The translations under genes and the position numbers were made by a program. Of a stretch of DNA of 64,000 nt, positions 20,195 to 29,084 are shown piece by piece (within the stretch, counting starts at the first letter, position 1; each line of letters begins with the position of its first letter). The notes below the pieces were generated by a model. The model did not search any database. It worked only from the letters and a program-made list of their open reading frames with translations, and was not told the origin of the DNA. Source of the DNA: Candidatus Gottesmanbacteria bacterium (GTDB lineage: Bacteria > Patescibacteriota > Microgenomatia > UBA10105 > UBA927); the NCBI GenBank assembly GCA_023245335.1, contig JAHFKK010000001.1, forward strand, positions 619,282 to 683,281. Direction: 5' to 3'.

Positions 20195-21823
20195 TCAGCG
20201 TTTTTTCTTTTGAGGCCAAAGAAAAGAAAAAGCAATAATGATAAGCGTCGAGACGGTCGTGATGTCGGCAGCCGTCCGTAACGGAGTCTCTCCGAAGGAT
20301 ACGGTGACATGATGTGTGCCGGGAGTCAAATGAAAGGTGATGTTGCCGCGATGATTTTGGTCCTGAAACTCTATAGGGATTTTGGTCGTATCGCTATAGA
20401 CTCTCCAGCCCGGATAATATTGCGTATTGTCGAGTATTTGGACTTCAGATTCTGCGATGACGGTGTATGTGTGTACGGTTTCTTTTTTGATCACATCAAG
20501 GATTTTACCTTTGCCGGCGATGAGCTCAACCGGTGCCTTAGGGAAGCTTCCTGCCGGTCCCGCTGACCACACGAGATTGGTTTCCCCGAAAAATGTCGAA
20601 TCCAGAGGATAATTCCAGTAATAGTTTTCATCTATCTTGTCGAACCCCAGCGGCGGGCGAAAGTATACGAGCGAAGATAATACTGTCACGACGATGATAC
20701 TTACGATGAGAATTTTCGAGGTAGATTTGTGTATGAGAACAGTTCCCCCCAGGATCGCGAGCGAAAATACGGTGATATTTAAGAATCGCCAAGGGAACTG
20801 GAATGCGCGAAGGATGGAAATGTGTTCCCAAAGAAATGTTGAAGGCGCAATCATGACAAATAGCGCACAGGCGGTAAGGATAAGAGCAAACCAGACGATG
20901 AGCCTTGTATCTTTCTTCAACTTGTTTTTTATAAGTAGCCATATGCTTAGGAGAAGCGTCACGGTCTGCATGAGTCCAAACGATACGTCAACTCCTCCGT
21001 TTTGAAGTGCCGCGGTATTGGTAAGGTTTGGGATGAAAAAATTCCATATCGGCGCAAGGTGCGTTTTGTACATATCTTTCATGAAAAAGTCTCCATAGGT
21101 ATATTTGCGTTCAAACGCGACGGGGATCCAGAAGAAGGCCGTGAGAAGGAGTCCGACGCCGAGTCCGGAGAATCCGGCCAATCGCTTCGTGTTGTTTGGA
21201 GCGAACAGAAGAACAAAAAGTACGGCGACGGCAAAGTATATGAGTCCGATGGCGCTATGGGAAAGGATCAAAAGTGCGGTCGCAATACCGGTTGCGATAC
21301 TGTACCTGCGCACGTCAATTCCCTCAAATACCTTTACCAGAAAATACAGAACGAGCGGCAGAAACGTCATGGCGAGCGATTCCCCTATATCGCCTCGTAC
21401 CACCATGTCGACCAGGTGAAACGGCGCGAACTGGTAGAGAAACGTCGCCACAAGGGCCTTGTTGCGGTCTTTGAAAAATGCATAGGCGAAAAGATACATA
21501 AAAGTTCCCGAAAGGAGGAAGCTTATAAGAAGCATAATTTTGAATGACCAGGCCAGATTCAATCCGAGTGCGACTAACCCTGATCCGAAAAGATATGGCA
21601 CGTGGTAATAGAAGTTAAAAAGAGGCATGCCGTAACCATAGTTGAGTCCGCCTGCCCATCGGGGGAGTATCTGCCCGCCGGTCAAAGCCTTGAAGTAGGC
21701 GGGAATACGTGCGATATGCATCGGACCGTCATGCGTGTGGATCATAAGGGGCGTCGCAAAAATCGTGATAAACGGGAGCGCTGAAATTGCGAAGATAAGA
21801 AGATAGTGTTTAAATGATTTCAT
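20195..21823 (-). CDS. 6-pyruvoyl-tetrahydropterin-synthase-related (GT-C-like) membrane protein
   Basis: Start revised to ATG 21823 (MKSFKHY). Motifs HTHDG.MHIAR, PRWAGGLNYGYGMP, APFH...RGDIGE, FQFPWRFL, YYPGW. Confidence 0.85.
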   Translation of the reverse strand: MKSFKHYLLIFAISALPFITIFATPLMIHTHDGPMHIARIPAYFKALTGGQILPRWAGGLNYGYGMPLFNFYYHVPYLFGSGLVALGLNLAWSFKIMLLISFLLSGTFMYLFAYAFFKDRNKALVATFLYQFAPFHLVDMVVRGDIGESLAMTFLPLVLYFLVKVFEGIDVRRYSIATGIATALLILSHSAIGLIYFAVAVLFVLLFAPNNTKRLAGFSGLGVGLLLTAFFWIPVAFERKYTYGDFFMKDMYKTHLAPIWNFFIPNLTNTAALQNGGVDVSFGLMQTVTLLLSIWLLIKNKLKKDTRLIVWFALILTACALFVMIAPSTFLWEHISILRAFQFPWRFLNITVFSLAILGGTVLIHKSTSKILIVSIIVVTVLSSLVYFRPPLGFDKIDENYYWNYPLDSTFFGETNLVWSAGPAGSFPKAPVELIAGKGKILDVIKKETVHTYTVIAESEVQILDNTQYYPGWRVYSDTTKIPIEFQDQNHRGNITFHLTPGTHHVTVSFGETPLRTAADITTVSTLIIIAFSFLWPQKKKR

Positions 21824-23333
21824 GGCAAGAGCACGCCTTAAGGGAATTATAGCAAACTCATGGGTGGTCGGCATTCTAAGCATCGCAACCTTTCTTCGGC
21901 TGTATCGGATTAATGTCCTCACCGAGTTTCTGGGAGATCAGGGGCGAACCATGTTGGTTATGTATGATTGGGTACGCCGTGGCATCGTGCCGCTCTCCGG
22001 TCCGACGACTTTGACCGGGCAACCGCTCGGCCCGTTTTTCTATTATCTATTGTTGCCCGGATACCTTCTATCTCAAGGTCCGGTCGGCGTAGCAGTGTGG
22101 GTGGCACTTTTGGGGGTGGCGTCCGTTGCCGTTCTGTACATTGCGGTCCGGCGCATGTTTGGAGTCGTGCCGGCAAGAGCCGTATCGCTTCTGTGGGCAG
22201 TGTCGCCGCTTATCGTGGGCGCTGACCGTGACATTTGGGAACCCAACCTGGTACCCCTTTTTGCGACACTATTTGTCTACCTATTGTATAGGGCGCATAG
22301 GGAATGGTCGCTCCTCGTGTGGGGAATGACCGGCGTCATCCTCGGCATACTCATGCAGCTTCACTATCCCAATGTCATTTTCGTCGGTATGACCGGTTTG
22401 TACTTTTTAGTCTCTCCGTTTCTTTATAGACGGAAGCTTATCGAGGTATTGAAGGCGGGTGGATGCGTGTTTGCGGGATTTCTTATTACGCTCCTCCCGT
22501 TTCTTTGGTACGAGAGTTCCGTCGGTTTTCGCGATATCACGGGTATAGCGTCCGTTTTTGTGCAGTCCGGGGCCACTCACGTGGGGAAGCGTGTGATGGT
22601 CATGAATGTCTCGGACTATGCGTTTCGTGTGTTTTCCGTGTTTTTGCCGTATATGTCAGAGAGGATTACTGCATTTCTTATAGCGGCTTGGATGGTGTTT
22701 GTGGCGGCAAGGCGGTCAAAGAAGAATATATTTATCACGGTGTGGCTTCTGGGAGGGCTCACGGGTATGGCCGCATATCCCGGTGTCGTGCATAATCATT
22801 ATTTGTATTTTCTCGTACCGGTACCGTTTTTTATGACGGCATCAGTCTTATCGAGTCTCAAACGAAAAACGATTCAATTCGTGGGTGTTATCGTTCTTTT
22901 GATTTGTTGTATTTTGCAGGCGGCGAAGACTGACATATTTATCCCGGGCCCTCATGATGTTGATCGGGTATCCGCGGCTGTCGAACAAATCATCCTGCGT
23001 GCCAATGATGTGCCGTTTTCGTTGACGCTCGTCAATAGCCTCTCGTTTTCGGATCTCCATTATCAGTATTATTTCCATATTTCCGGACACGAACCGGCCG
23101 CAGTGACCTCTACAGCATATCCACTCCTTTTTCTTGTATGCGACAGTACATCATGTCCGCAAACCGGAGATCTCACTTCACAAAAAAGTCTTCCGGTCAT
23201 CTGTTATGATGCGCATTGTTCTGAATTCTATCCCACGCTTAACCTCGCAAAAGATTGGAGATTCGTAGAAGAAGAGCCACTACTGAAAAATGGGATACCA
23301 TTGGGGCATCTATATGAATTCCGTCGAATGTAG
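21822..23333 (+). CDS. ArnT-like GT-C glycosyltransferase ('DQG' type)
   Basis: FLRLYRI..EFLGDQGR, GPFFYYLL, AVSP..IWEPN, QLHY and HNHY motifs. Confidence 0.82.
   Translation: MARARLKGIIANSWVVGILSIATFLRLYRINVLTEFLGDQGRTMLVMYDWVRRGIVPLSGPTTLTGQPLGPFFYYLLLPGYLLSQGPVGVAVWVALLGVASVAVLYIAVRRMFGVVPARAVSLLWAVSPLIVGADRDIWEPNLVPLFATLFVYLLYRAHREWSLLVWGMTGVILGILMQLHYPNVIFVGMTGLYFLVSPFLYRRKLIEVLKAGGCVFAGFLITLLPFLWYESSVGFRDITGIASVFVQSGATHVGKRVMVMNVSDYAFRVFSVFLPYMSERITAFLIAAWMVFVAARRSKKNIFITVWLLGGLTGMAAYPGVVHNHYLYFLVPVPFFMTASVLSSLKRKTIQFVGVIVLLICCILQAAKTDIFIPGPHDVDRVSAAVEQIILRANDVPFSLTLVNSLSFSDLHYQYYFHISGHEPAAVTSTAYPLLFLVCDSTSCPQTGDLTSQKSLPVICYDAHCSEFYPTLNLAKDWRFVEEEPLLKNGIPLGHLYEFRRM
21846..21854 (-). 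promoter_or_regulatory. Extended -10 (TGcTATAAT) for the minus-strand block, lying inside the divergent gene
   Basis: Perfect TGnTATAAT 22 nt upstream of the minus-strand ATG at 21823. Confidence 0.55.
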
Positions 23334-23369
23334 GATGACTCAGGTTTGGTGATCTTAGGCCGCTTTTAG

Positions 23370-23375
23370 TACAAT
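23370..23375 (+). promoter_or_regulatory. -10 box (TACAAT), leaderless-type
   Basis: TACAAT 7 nt before ATG 23383; no Shine-Dalgarno. Confidence 0.55.
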
Positions 23376-23382
23376 ACCTCGT

Positions 23383-24645
23383 ATGGCACTTGAAATCATA
23401 AATGCGGTTCTTCTGTTTGCGTTTAGCATTCCCATAGTCATGAAATACAGGATACTTCCCGTGGACGGCACGCCCTACTGGCTATTCGGGGTCCTTTTCC
23501 TCATGCTGACCGTCAACTGTGTCACATCGTTTGTTCCGTCGGTACTCGGTGCGTTTCGCCGCCATGCGGATAAGGTGAAGAATACACTCCTCGTCGTAGT
23601 CCTTATCATCGTATTGGGAGGCGTCAGTATCACGGCGATGTTTGATCGGGCAAAGACCGCCCCTTTGTACGGCGTCCACGACATCATTCTGCAGCAGGAA
23701 GCCGCCATGCGGTATGTCATAACCGGCAAAAATCCGTATAAAGAGACGTACTTCGGCACGCCCATGGAAGCATTCCATTATGCCGAGATTGATAACGATA
23801 AGGCCGTGAATCCCGCGCTCTATCATTTTGTCATGCCGCCGTGGTATCTCGTATTTCCGTTTGCATTTTATTATACGGTTCGGCCCGTCGTTGGCTTTTT
23901 CGACGGACGTATGGCGCTCCTTTTCACCATGGGATTACTTCTTATCGCGCTCTGGCATTGGTTCAAGGATAAAGAAGTGGCCAGGCTTGCCGTCATACTT
24001 ACTGCGCTGTCTCCGGCTGTCATCGACTATTTTGTCGAAGGCAGAAGTGATGTATTTGCATTGTCATGGCTTATCGTGTCGTTAGTTTTCTTAGAAAAGA
24101 AACGGTTCATCTGGTCAGCCGTCATGATGATGCTCGCGATACTCAGTAAACAAACAGTATGGGTCATGGTGCCGTTTTATGGCATGATTCTGTGGCAGAG
24201 AACGATGAAGCGGTCTGCCGTTTTTTGGTCTAGTGTCGGTGTCTCGCTATTCGCGGGCGCGATGATCACGCTGCCATTTTTTCTTTGGGACCCCCGTGCG
24301 TTTTTGGACAGCGTCATTTTTTATTTGAACGGAAGTTCTCTCCATAGTTACCCCGTGTCCGGTTATGGACTGAGTATGGTATTGTACTCCGCCGGAATTA
24401 TCCGGGACATCCATGCGTATTATCCATTCATCATCTGGCAGGTGCTTGTCTGCGGTCCTCTATTTGTGTTCCTCGCCCGGTCGCTTTGGGCGAAATCGAC
24501 ACAGTCACGCCTCATGCTGACGTACTCGGTGTTTCTCATCGTATTCTGGTATATGAGCAGGTACTTCAACAACAGTCATCTCGGGTATCTGTCTATGCTT
24601 TTTGTATTGGCGGGGCTTAAAGGAATGGACGAGGGAAACATATGA
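23383..24645 (+). CDS. GT87/DUF2029-like GT-C membrane protein
   Basis: VHDIILQQEAA..GKNPY, DGR, EGRSD, SKQ and LPFFLWDP motifs; ~11 TM. Confidence 0.7.
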   Translation: MALEIINAVLLFAFSIPIVMKYRILPVDGTPYWLFGVLFLMLTVNCVTSFVPSVLGAFRRHADKVKNTLLVVVLIIVLGGVSITAMFDRAKTAPLYGVHDIILQQEAAMRYVITGKNPYKETYFGTPMEAFHYAEIDNDKAVNPALYHFVMPPWYLVFPFAFYYTVRPVVGFFDGRMALLFTMGLLLIALWHWFKDKEVARLAVILTALSPAVIDYFVEGRSDVFALSWLIVSLVFLEKKRFIWSAVMMMLAILSKQTVWVMVPFYGMILWQRTMKRSAVFWSSVGVSLFAGAMITLPFFLWDPRAFLDSVIFYLNGSSLHSYPVSGYGLSMVLYSAGIIRDIHAYYPFIIWQVLVCGPLFVFLARSLWAKSTQSRLMLTYSVFLIVFWYMSRYFNNSHLGYLSMLFVLAGLKGMDEGNI

Positions 24646-26306
24646 AGCATACGGCGATAGGCACCGTTCTTTTTCTTATCGTCATCCTTTCGGGAATACT
24701 TCGGATTACGAACATAGGCACCAACCCGCCGTCCATTTCTTGGGATGAAGCATCGATAGGGTATAACGCATATTCCATACTGAAAACCGGCCGCGATGAA
24801 CACGGCAGGGTATTGCCTGTGGATACGTTTGCGGCATTCGGTGATTACAAACCGCCGATGCCTGTCTATCTCACCGTGCCGTTTGTCGCCATATTCGGCT
24901 TAAACGAACTGGCAGTTCGTTTGCCTTCGGCTATTGCAGGAACACTCACGGTATTGGCTTTATATTTTCTGGTGAACGAGCTGCTTTCTCATTCACTACA
25001 AGGGAAAAAACGTTTTACCGTCTATGGGTTAGGGGATGTAGCATATTCCGAAGCCATCGCCATTTCTGCTGCGGCACTTCTCTCAATCACTCCCTGGCAC
25101 ATCATGCTCTCACGGGCAGGGTTTGAGGCGAACATCGCGCTTCTCTTTATTACCGTAGGCGTATTGTGGGTGCTTGCAGCACGTCATAATGATCGTTTCC
25201 TCTACGTGTGCTGGTTGCCTTTTGTTGCGGGCGTCTATACGTTCAACAGTGCACGCTATGCCGGTCCGATGATTGCCGCTGGAAGCGTTTTATTTATCTG
25301 GAACCCTATACGGACGGCCCGGAAGCAGTTCGTGATCGGCGTCATTATCGCGGCGTTGGCGCTTCTTCCGATCATTCCGCACTTAGTCTCGAAGCAGTCG
25401 CGGTTACGGTTTGATGAAGTGAGCATATTTACGGATTTGAATGTCGTTTTGACCGCCAACGCCCGTCGGAAATATGACGGGAATACCTGGTGGTCGGGAA
25501 TTCTCGATAACCGCAGATTGAGCTACGCGCATTCATATCTTGTCCATTTTTTTGACAATGTCGAGCCGAGATTTCTTTTCATGCGGGGAGACGGCAACCC
25601 TAAATTTTCGATTCAGGATACCGGCGAATTACTTTTAGTCAGTGCACCCTTTGTAGCGTACGGCATTCTCCGGCTGTTTCAGGATGCGCCCGGGGTGGCG
25701 TGGTTTCTGGTGTGGTGGCTCGCGGTTTCCATAGCGCCCGCTGCGGTAGCTCGCGAAACCCCTCATGCATTGCGCGTGGAAAACGGTTTACCGGTCTACA
25801 TGATTGTCACGGCATACGGATTTGTGATGAGCCTGGTAACTATCCATAAACGTCGGCTTCAGGCAATACTTCTTTTAATTTTCAGCTTACTCTTTGCATT
25901 CAACTTCGCATATTTTTGGCACAACCTGACGTCGCATTATCCGACCGAGTTCTCCGGTGAATGGCAATACGGATATAAGCAAGCCATCCAGTATGTCGAC
26001 ACGGTGAAAAACAATTATGATACCGTTGTCCTCACGGAAAGTATCGGTCGACCCTATATTTATGTACTCTTTTATGACCGGGTGGACCCGAAAGTATTTT
26101 GGGCACAAAAGGATGCATCGTTTGACGCGGCAGGATTTTATAACGTCTATGGGTTCGGCAAATACCGCTTCGTCAATGACAGCATAGGTGAGCCTCGCGG
26201 CCGGACGCTGTATATCCTGGATCCGCAGCGGGTGCCCACAAGCGCACATGTCCTTAAAACGATACGGGTATTAAACGGGGCGCCGGTACTGGTGATATTT
26301 GATTAA
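24642..26306 (+). CDS. ArnT/PMT_2-like GT-C glycosyltransferase ('DEA' paralog)
   Basis: PPSISWDEASIGYNAYSILKTGRDEHG, FGDYKPP, PWHIMLSR, TPHALR, WQYGY and GFGKYRF motifs. Confidence 0.87.
   Translation: MKHTAIGTVLFLIVILSGILRITNIGTNPPSISWDEASIGYNAYSILKTGRDEHGRVLPVDTFAAFGDYKPPMPVYLTVPFVAIFGLNELAVRLPSAIAGTLTVLALYFLVNELLSHSLQGKKRFTVYGLGDVAYSEAIAISAAALLSITPWHIMLSRAGFEANIALLFITVGVLWVLAARHNDRFLYVCWLPFVAGVYTFNSARYAGPMIAAGSVLFIWNPIRTARKQFVIGVIIAALALLPIIPHLVSKQSRLRFDEVSIFTDLNVVLTANARRKYDGNTWWSGILDNRRLSYAHSYLVHFFDNVEPRFLFMRGDGNPKFSIQDTGELLLVSAPFVAYGILRLFQDAPGVAWFLVWWLAVSIAPAAVARETPHALRVENGLPVYMIVTAYGFVMSLVTIHKRRLQAILLLIFSLLFAFNFAYFWHNLTSHYPTEFSGEWQYGYKQAIQYVDTVKNNYDTVVLTESIGRPYIYVLFYDRVDPKVFWAQKDASFDAAGFYNVYGFGKYRFVNDSIGEPRGRTLYILDPQRVPTSAHVLKTIRVLNGAPVLVIFD
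24759..24790 (+). repeat. 32-nt direct repeat, copy 1 (GGGTATAACGCATATTCCATACTGAAAACCGG)
   Basis: Identical to 26426-26457 in the adjacent paralog. Confidence 0.9.
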
Positions 26307-26308
26307 CT

Positions 26309-27988
26309 ATGCAGAAAGCGCGACCATATTTCATACTGATAGGCATCATTGTCCTCGCCGTTTTTTTGCGGTTTTGGCAATTGGGGAAGGTGCCGATTTC
26401 GCCGGATTGGGATGAGGCGGCGCTGGGGTATAACGCATATTCCATACTGAAAACCGGGCGGGACGAGTACGGTATCTTTTTGCCGAGAGAGTTGCGGTCG
26501 TATGACGACTACAAGCCGCCGCTCTATGCGTATCTCACCATTCCGTCTATTGCTGCGTTTGGGTTGAACGTGTGGTCGGTGCGTTTGCCGTCGGCGGTCA
26601 TGGGTACACTTGCCGTCATCGGCACGTATTTCTTGGTTCTCAAGCTTTTTGAGGATGAGAAAGAAAAGGAGAAAAGCAAGATATTGGGGATACGAGTGAC
26701 TTCTCTAGCGCTTCTTACTACGTTTTTTCTTGCCATCTCTCCGTGGCATCTGCAATTTTCGCGTATAGCATTTGAAGCGAATTCAGGTTTGACACTGAAT
26801 ATTCTTGGTATCGTAGCGTTTCTGTACGGGATCACGTCGCTTCCCTGGATGGCTGTGAGTGCGTTTCTTTTCGGCCTTTCGTTATATGCGTATCACAGTG
26901 AACGTGTGTTTGTTCCGCTTCTTCTCCTTTCGCTTGTCATCCTTTGGCGCAAAGAACTTTTCCGTGACTGGCGAAAGGTGCTCGTTGCCGTGGTTATCGG
27001 GCTTATGACCGTAGCGCCTCTTCTTCCTGTGGTGACGGATAAAACCGCCATGACCAGGCTCCAGGGAACGAGTCCGCTTTCTGATACGACAGGACTTCTC
27101 ATGCGTACGGTGAAAAAAATAGAAGAAGATCAAAAATCGGGGAATAAGTTCGGAGTGATTTTTGACAATCGCCGTATCGTGTACGTAAAAACTCTTATAG
27201 ACGGATATATCAGCCACTTTTCATTTAATTGGTTATTTCTGACAGGAGATAATGACCGGCATCATGCTCCAGACAACGGGATTCTGTACCTGTGGGAATT
27301 GCCGTTTGTCTTATGGGGCATACTTGCGGTGTATAGAAGGGGCGGACGCACGTCTAAGCTTCTTTTCACTTGGGTTTTGATAGCTCCGATCGCAGCTTCC
27401 CCAACCGGCGGGACACCACATGCCATTAGGACACTCGTTTTTCTCCCGACATTTCAGATATTTTCTGCGTTCGGGCTGTTACTCGCGGTTTCGCGTCTCC
27501 GCGGGCTTCTTTCGCGGGGACCAACGTGGAAACGTGTCGCATTCGCGGCAGTCGGTTCCGGCATAGTCATATTTGCGATGTTTGATATCGTCTTTTATTT
27601 CCATATGTATTATCACCAGATGAATAGGGAATACTCCCAAAACTGGCAATACGGATACGCACAAGCCGTACAGTATGCAGAAGTTCATAAAGGGAAGTAC
27701 GAGAAGATCGTCGTGTCGACCGCGCTTGAGCAGCCCCATATGTTTTTCCTTTTTTATACCAAATATGACCCGGCCAAGTATCTCGCTCAGGGAGGGACGG
27801 CATCAGGCGGGTTTAAGGAAATACGTAATCATTTCGATAAATATGAGTTCCGGCCGATCGGTAATTGGGCGAAAGAAAATCATAACGGAGAAACTCTGTA
27901 TATCGGCACACCAAAAGAAATTCCGACCGGTGCGCAGTATTCCATATATTATTTAGACGGGCAGGAAGCGATGCGTATAGCAGAATAA
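26309..27988 (+). CDS. ArnT/PMT_2-like GT-C glycosyltransferase ('DEA' paralog)
   Basis: PDWDEAALGYNAYSILKTGRDEYG, YDDYKPP, SPWHLQFSR, TPHAIR, WQYGY and HFDKYEFRPI motifs. Confidence 0.87.
   Translation: MQKARPYFILIGIIVLAVFLRFWQLGKVPISPDWDEAALGYNAYSILKTGRDEYGIFLPRELRSYDDYKPPLYAYLTIPSIAAFGLNVWSVRLPSAVMGTLAVIGTYFLVLKLFEDEKEKEKSKILGIRVTSLALLTTFFLAISPWHLQFSRIAFEANSGLTLNILGIVAFLYGITSLPWMAVSAFLFGLSLYAYHSERVFVPLLLLSLVILWRKELFRDWRKVLVAVVIGLMTVAPLLPVVTDKTAMTRLQGTSPLSDTTGLLMRTVKKIEEDQKSGNKFGVIFDNRRIVYVKTLIDGYISHFSFNWLFLTGDNDRHHAPDNGILYLWELPFVLWGILAVYRRGGRTSKLLFTWVLIAPIAASPTGGTPHAIRTLVFLPTFQIFSAFGLLLAVSRLRGLLSRGPTWKRVAFAAVGSGIVIFAMFDIVFYFHMYYHQMNREYSQNWQYGYAQAVQYAEVHKGKYEKIVVSTALEQPHMFFLFYTKYDPAKYLAQGGTASGGFKEIRNHFDKYEFRPIGNWAKENHNGETLYIGTPKEIPTGAQYSIYYLDGQEAMRIAE
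26426..26457 (+). repeat. 32-nt direct repeat, copy 2
   Basis: Identical to 24759-24790. Confidence 0.9.
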
Positions 27989-27996
27989 GGAATGCA

Positions 27997-29058
27997 ATGA
28001 ACAGCAAAAAAGTACTTATTACGGGTGGCAATGGATTCCTGGGCCAGCATCTCGTCCCGTATCTCTTAGACAAAGGCGGCGTGTCGCTTGTGATCTTTGA
28101 CAAACTGGACTCCCAGGAACGTAACACCCGAAAAGACGTCAGATACGCAAAAGGCGATATACGAAGAGAAGGCGATGTCACAAGAGTATTTCAAGAATAT
28201 GGACCGTTCGATACGGTGTATCACCTAGCTTCAGCCATGCCGGACCGCTCTCTCACCGATAGAGACACGTGGGAAACAAATGTCACAGGAACCGTCAACA
28301 TGATATCTGCCGCCCGGAAGAATAACGTGAGATCATTTCTATTTACGTCTAGTAACGTCACCTACGGACTCGTCAAAGATCTCCCCGTGACGGAAGACAC
28401 CCCCCTGCGGCCCATTGAGGTATACGGGAAAAGTAAGGTCCGCGCGGAAGAGGAGCTGGAAAAATATAAAAATCAAATCAACATACAGATATTCCGGTGT
28501 CCGGTCATTACCGGCGTCGGCAGACTAGGGTTACAGGCAATTTTATTTGATTTTATTTCCGAAAACCGAAACGTGTACGTCCTGGGAAACGGTGCAAACA
28601 TATATCAGTTCGTTGACGCGACCGATGTCTCGCAGGCATTGGAACGGGGTAGCCGCATGAAAGGCTTCGATATATACACCATAGGAGGGGACGGTGCCAT
28701 GCCGCTTAGAGATTTGTACCGGGAGGTCATCGAGTTTGCGCACAGTACATCACGTATCGTCTCATTGCCCCAATCCCCGGCACTAGGTATGCTTTCCTTC
28801 CTTAACGCGTTGAAAATTTCTCCGCTCGGAGTCTATCAGTATTCAATGATCGGACAATCCATGTATGCGGATACCACGAAGATCAAAAAGAAGCTCGGTT
28901 GGATCCCTCAAAAAACCATAGAAGAGTCGTTCATAGAAAATTATATATGGTACACGAAACACAAAGGGAATTTCGTGGAATTGGGCTCGGGTATATCGTC
29001 CTCAAACAGAAGCGTGCCGAAAATGGGAATTTTTAAGTTATTGAAAATGATTTCCTAA
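27997..29058 (+). CDS. NAD-dependent epimerase/dehydratase (extended SDR)
   Basis: ITGGNGFLG, HLAS, TNVTGT, FTSS and YGKSK motifs. Confidence 0.88.
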   Translation: MNSKKVLITGGNGFLGQHLVPYLLDKGGVSLVIFDKLDSQERNTRKDVRYAKGDIRREGDVTRVFQEYGPFDTVYHLASAMPDRSLTDRDTWETNVTGTVNMISAARKNNVRSFLFTSSNVTYGLVKDLPVTEDTPLRPIEVYGKSKVRAEEELEKYKNQINIQIFRCPVITGVGRLGLQAILFDFISENRNVYVLGNGANIYQFVDATDVSQALERGSRMKGFDIYTIGGDGAMPLRDLYREVIEFAHSTSRIVSLPQSPALGMLSFLNALKISPLGVYQYSMIGQSMYADTTKIKKKLGWIPQKTIEESFIENYIWYTKHKGNFVELGSGISSSNRSVPKMGIFKLLKMIS

Positions 29059-29084
29059 GATACCATTTTTCACTATTCGTTCGT

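Noticed and set aside
14132-21830. Minus-strand block as a recombinase-driven invertible segment
   Set aside because: I saw no inverted repeats at the two boundaries and no recombinase in the window. The block has its own promoter.
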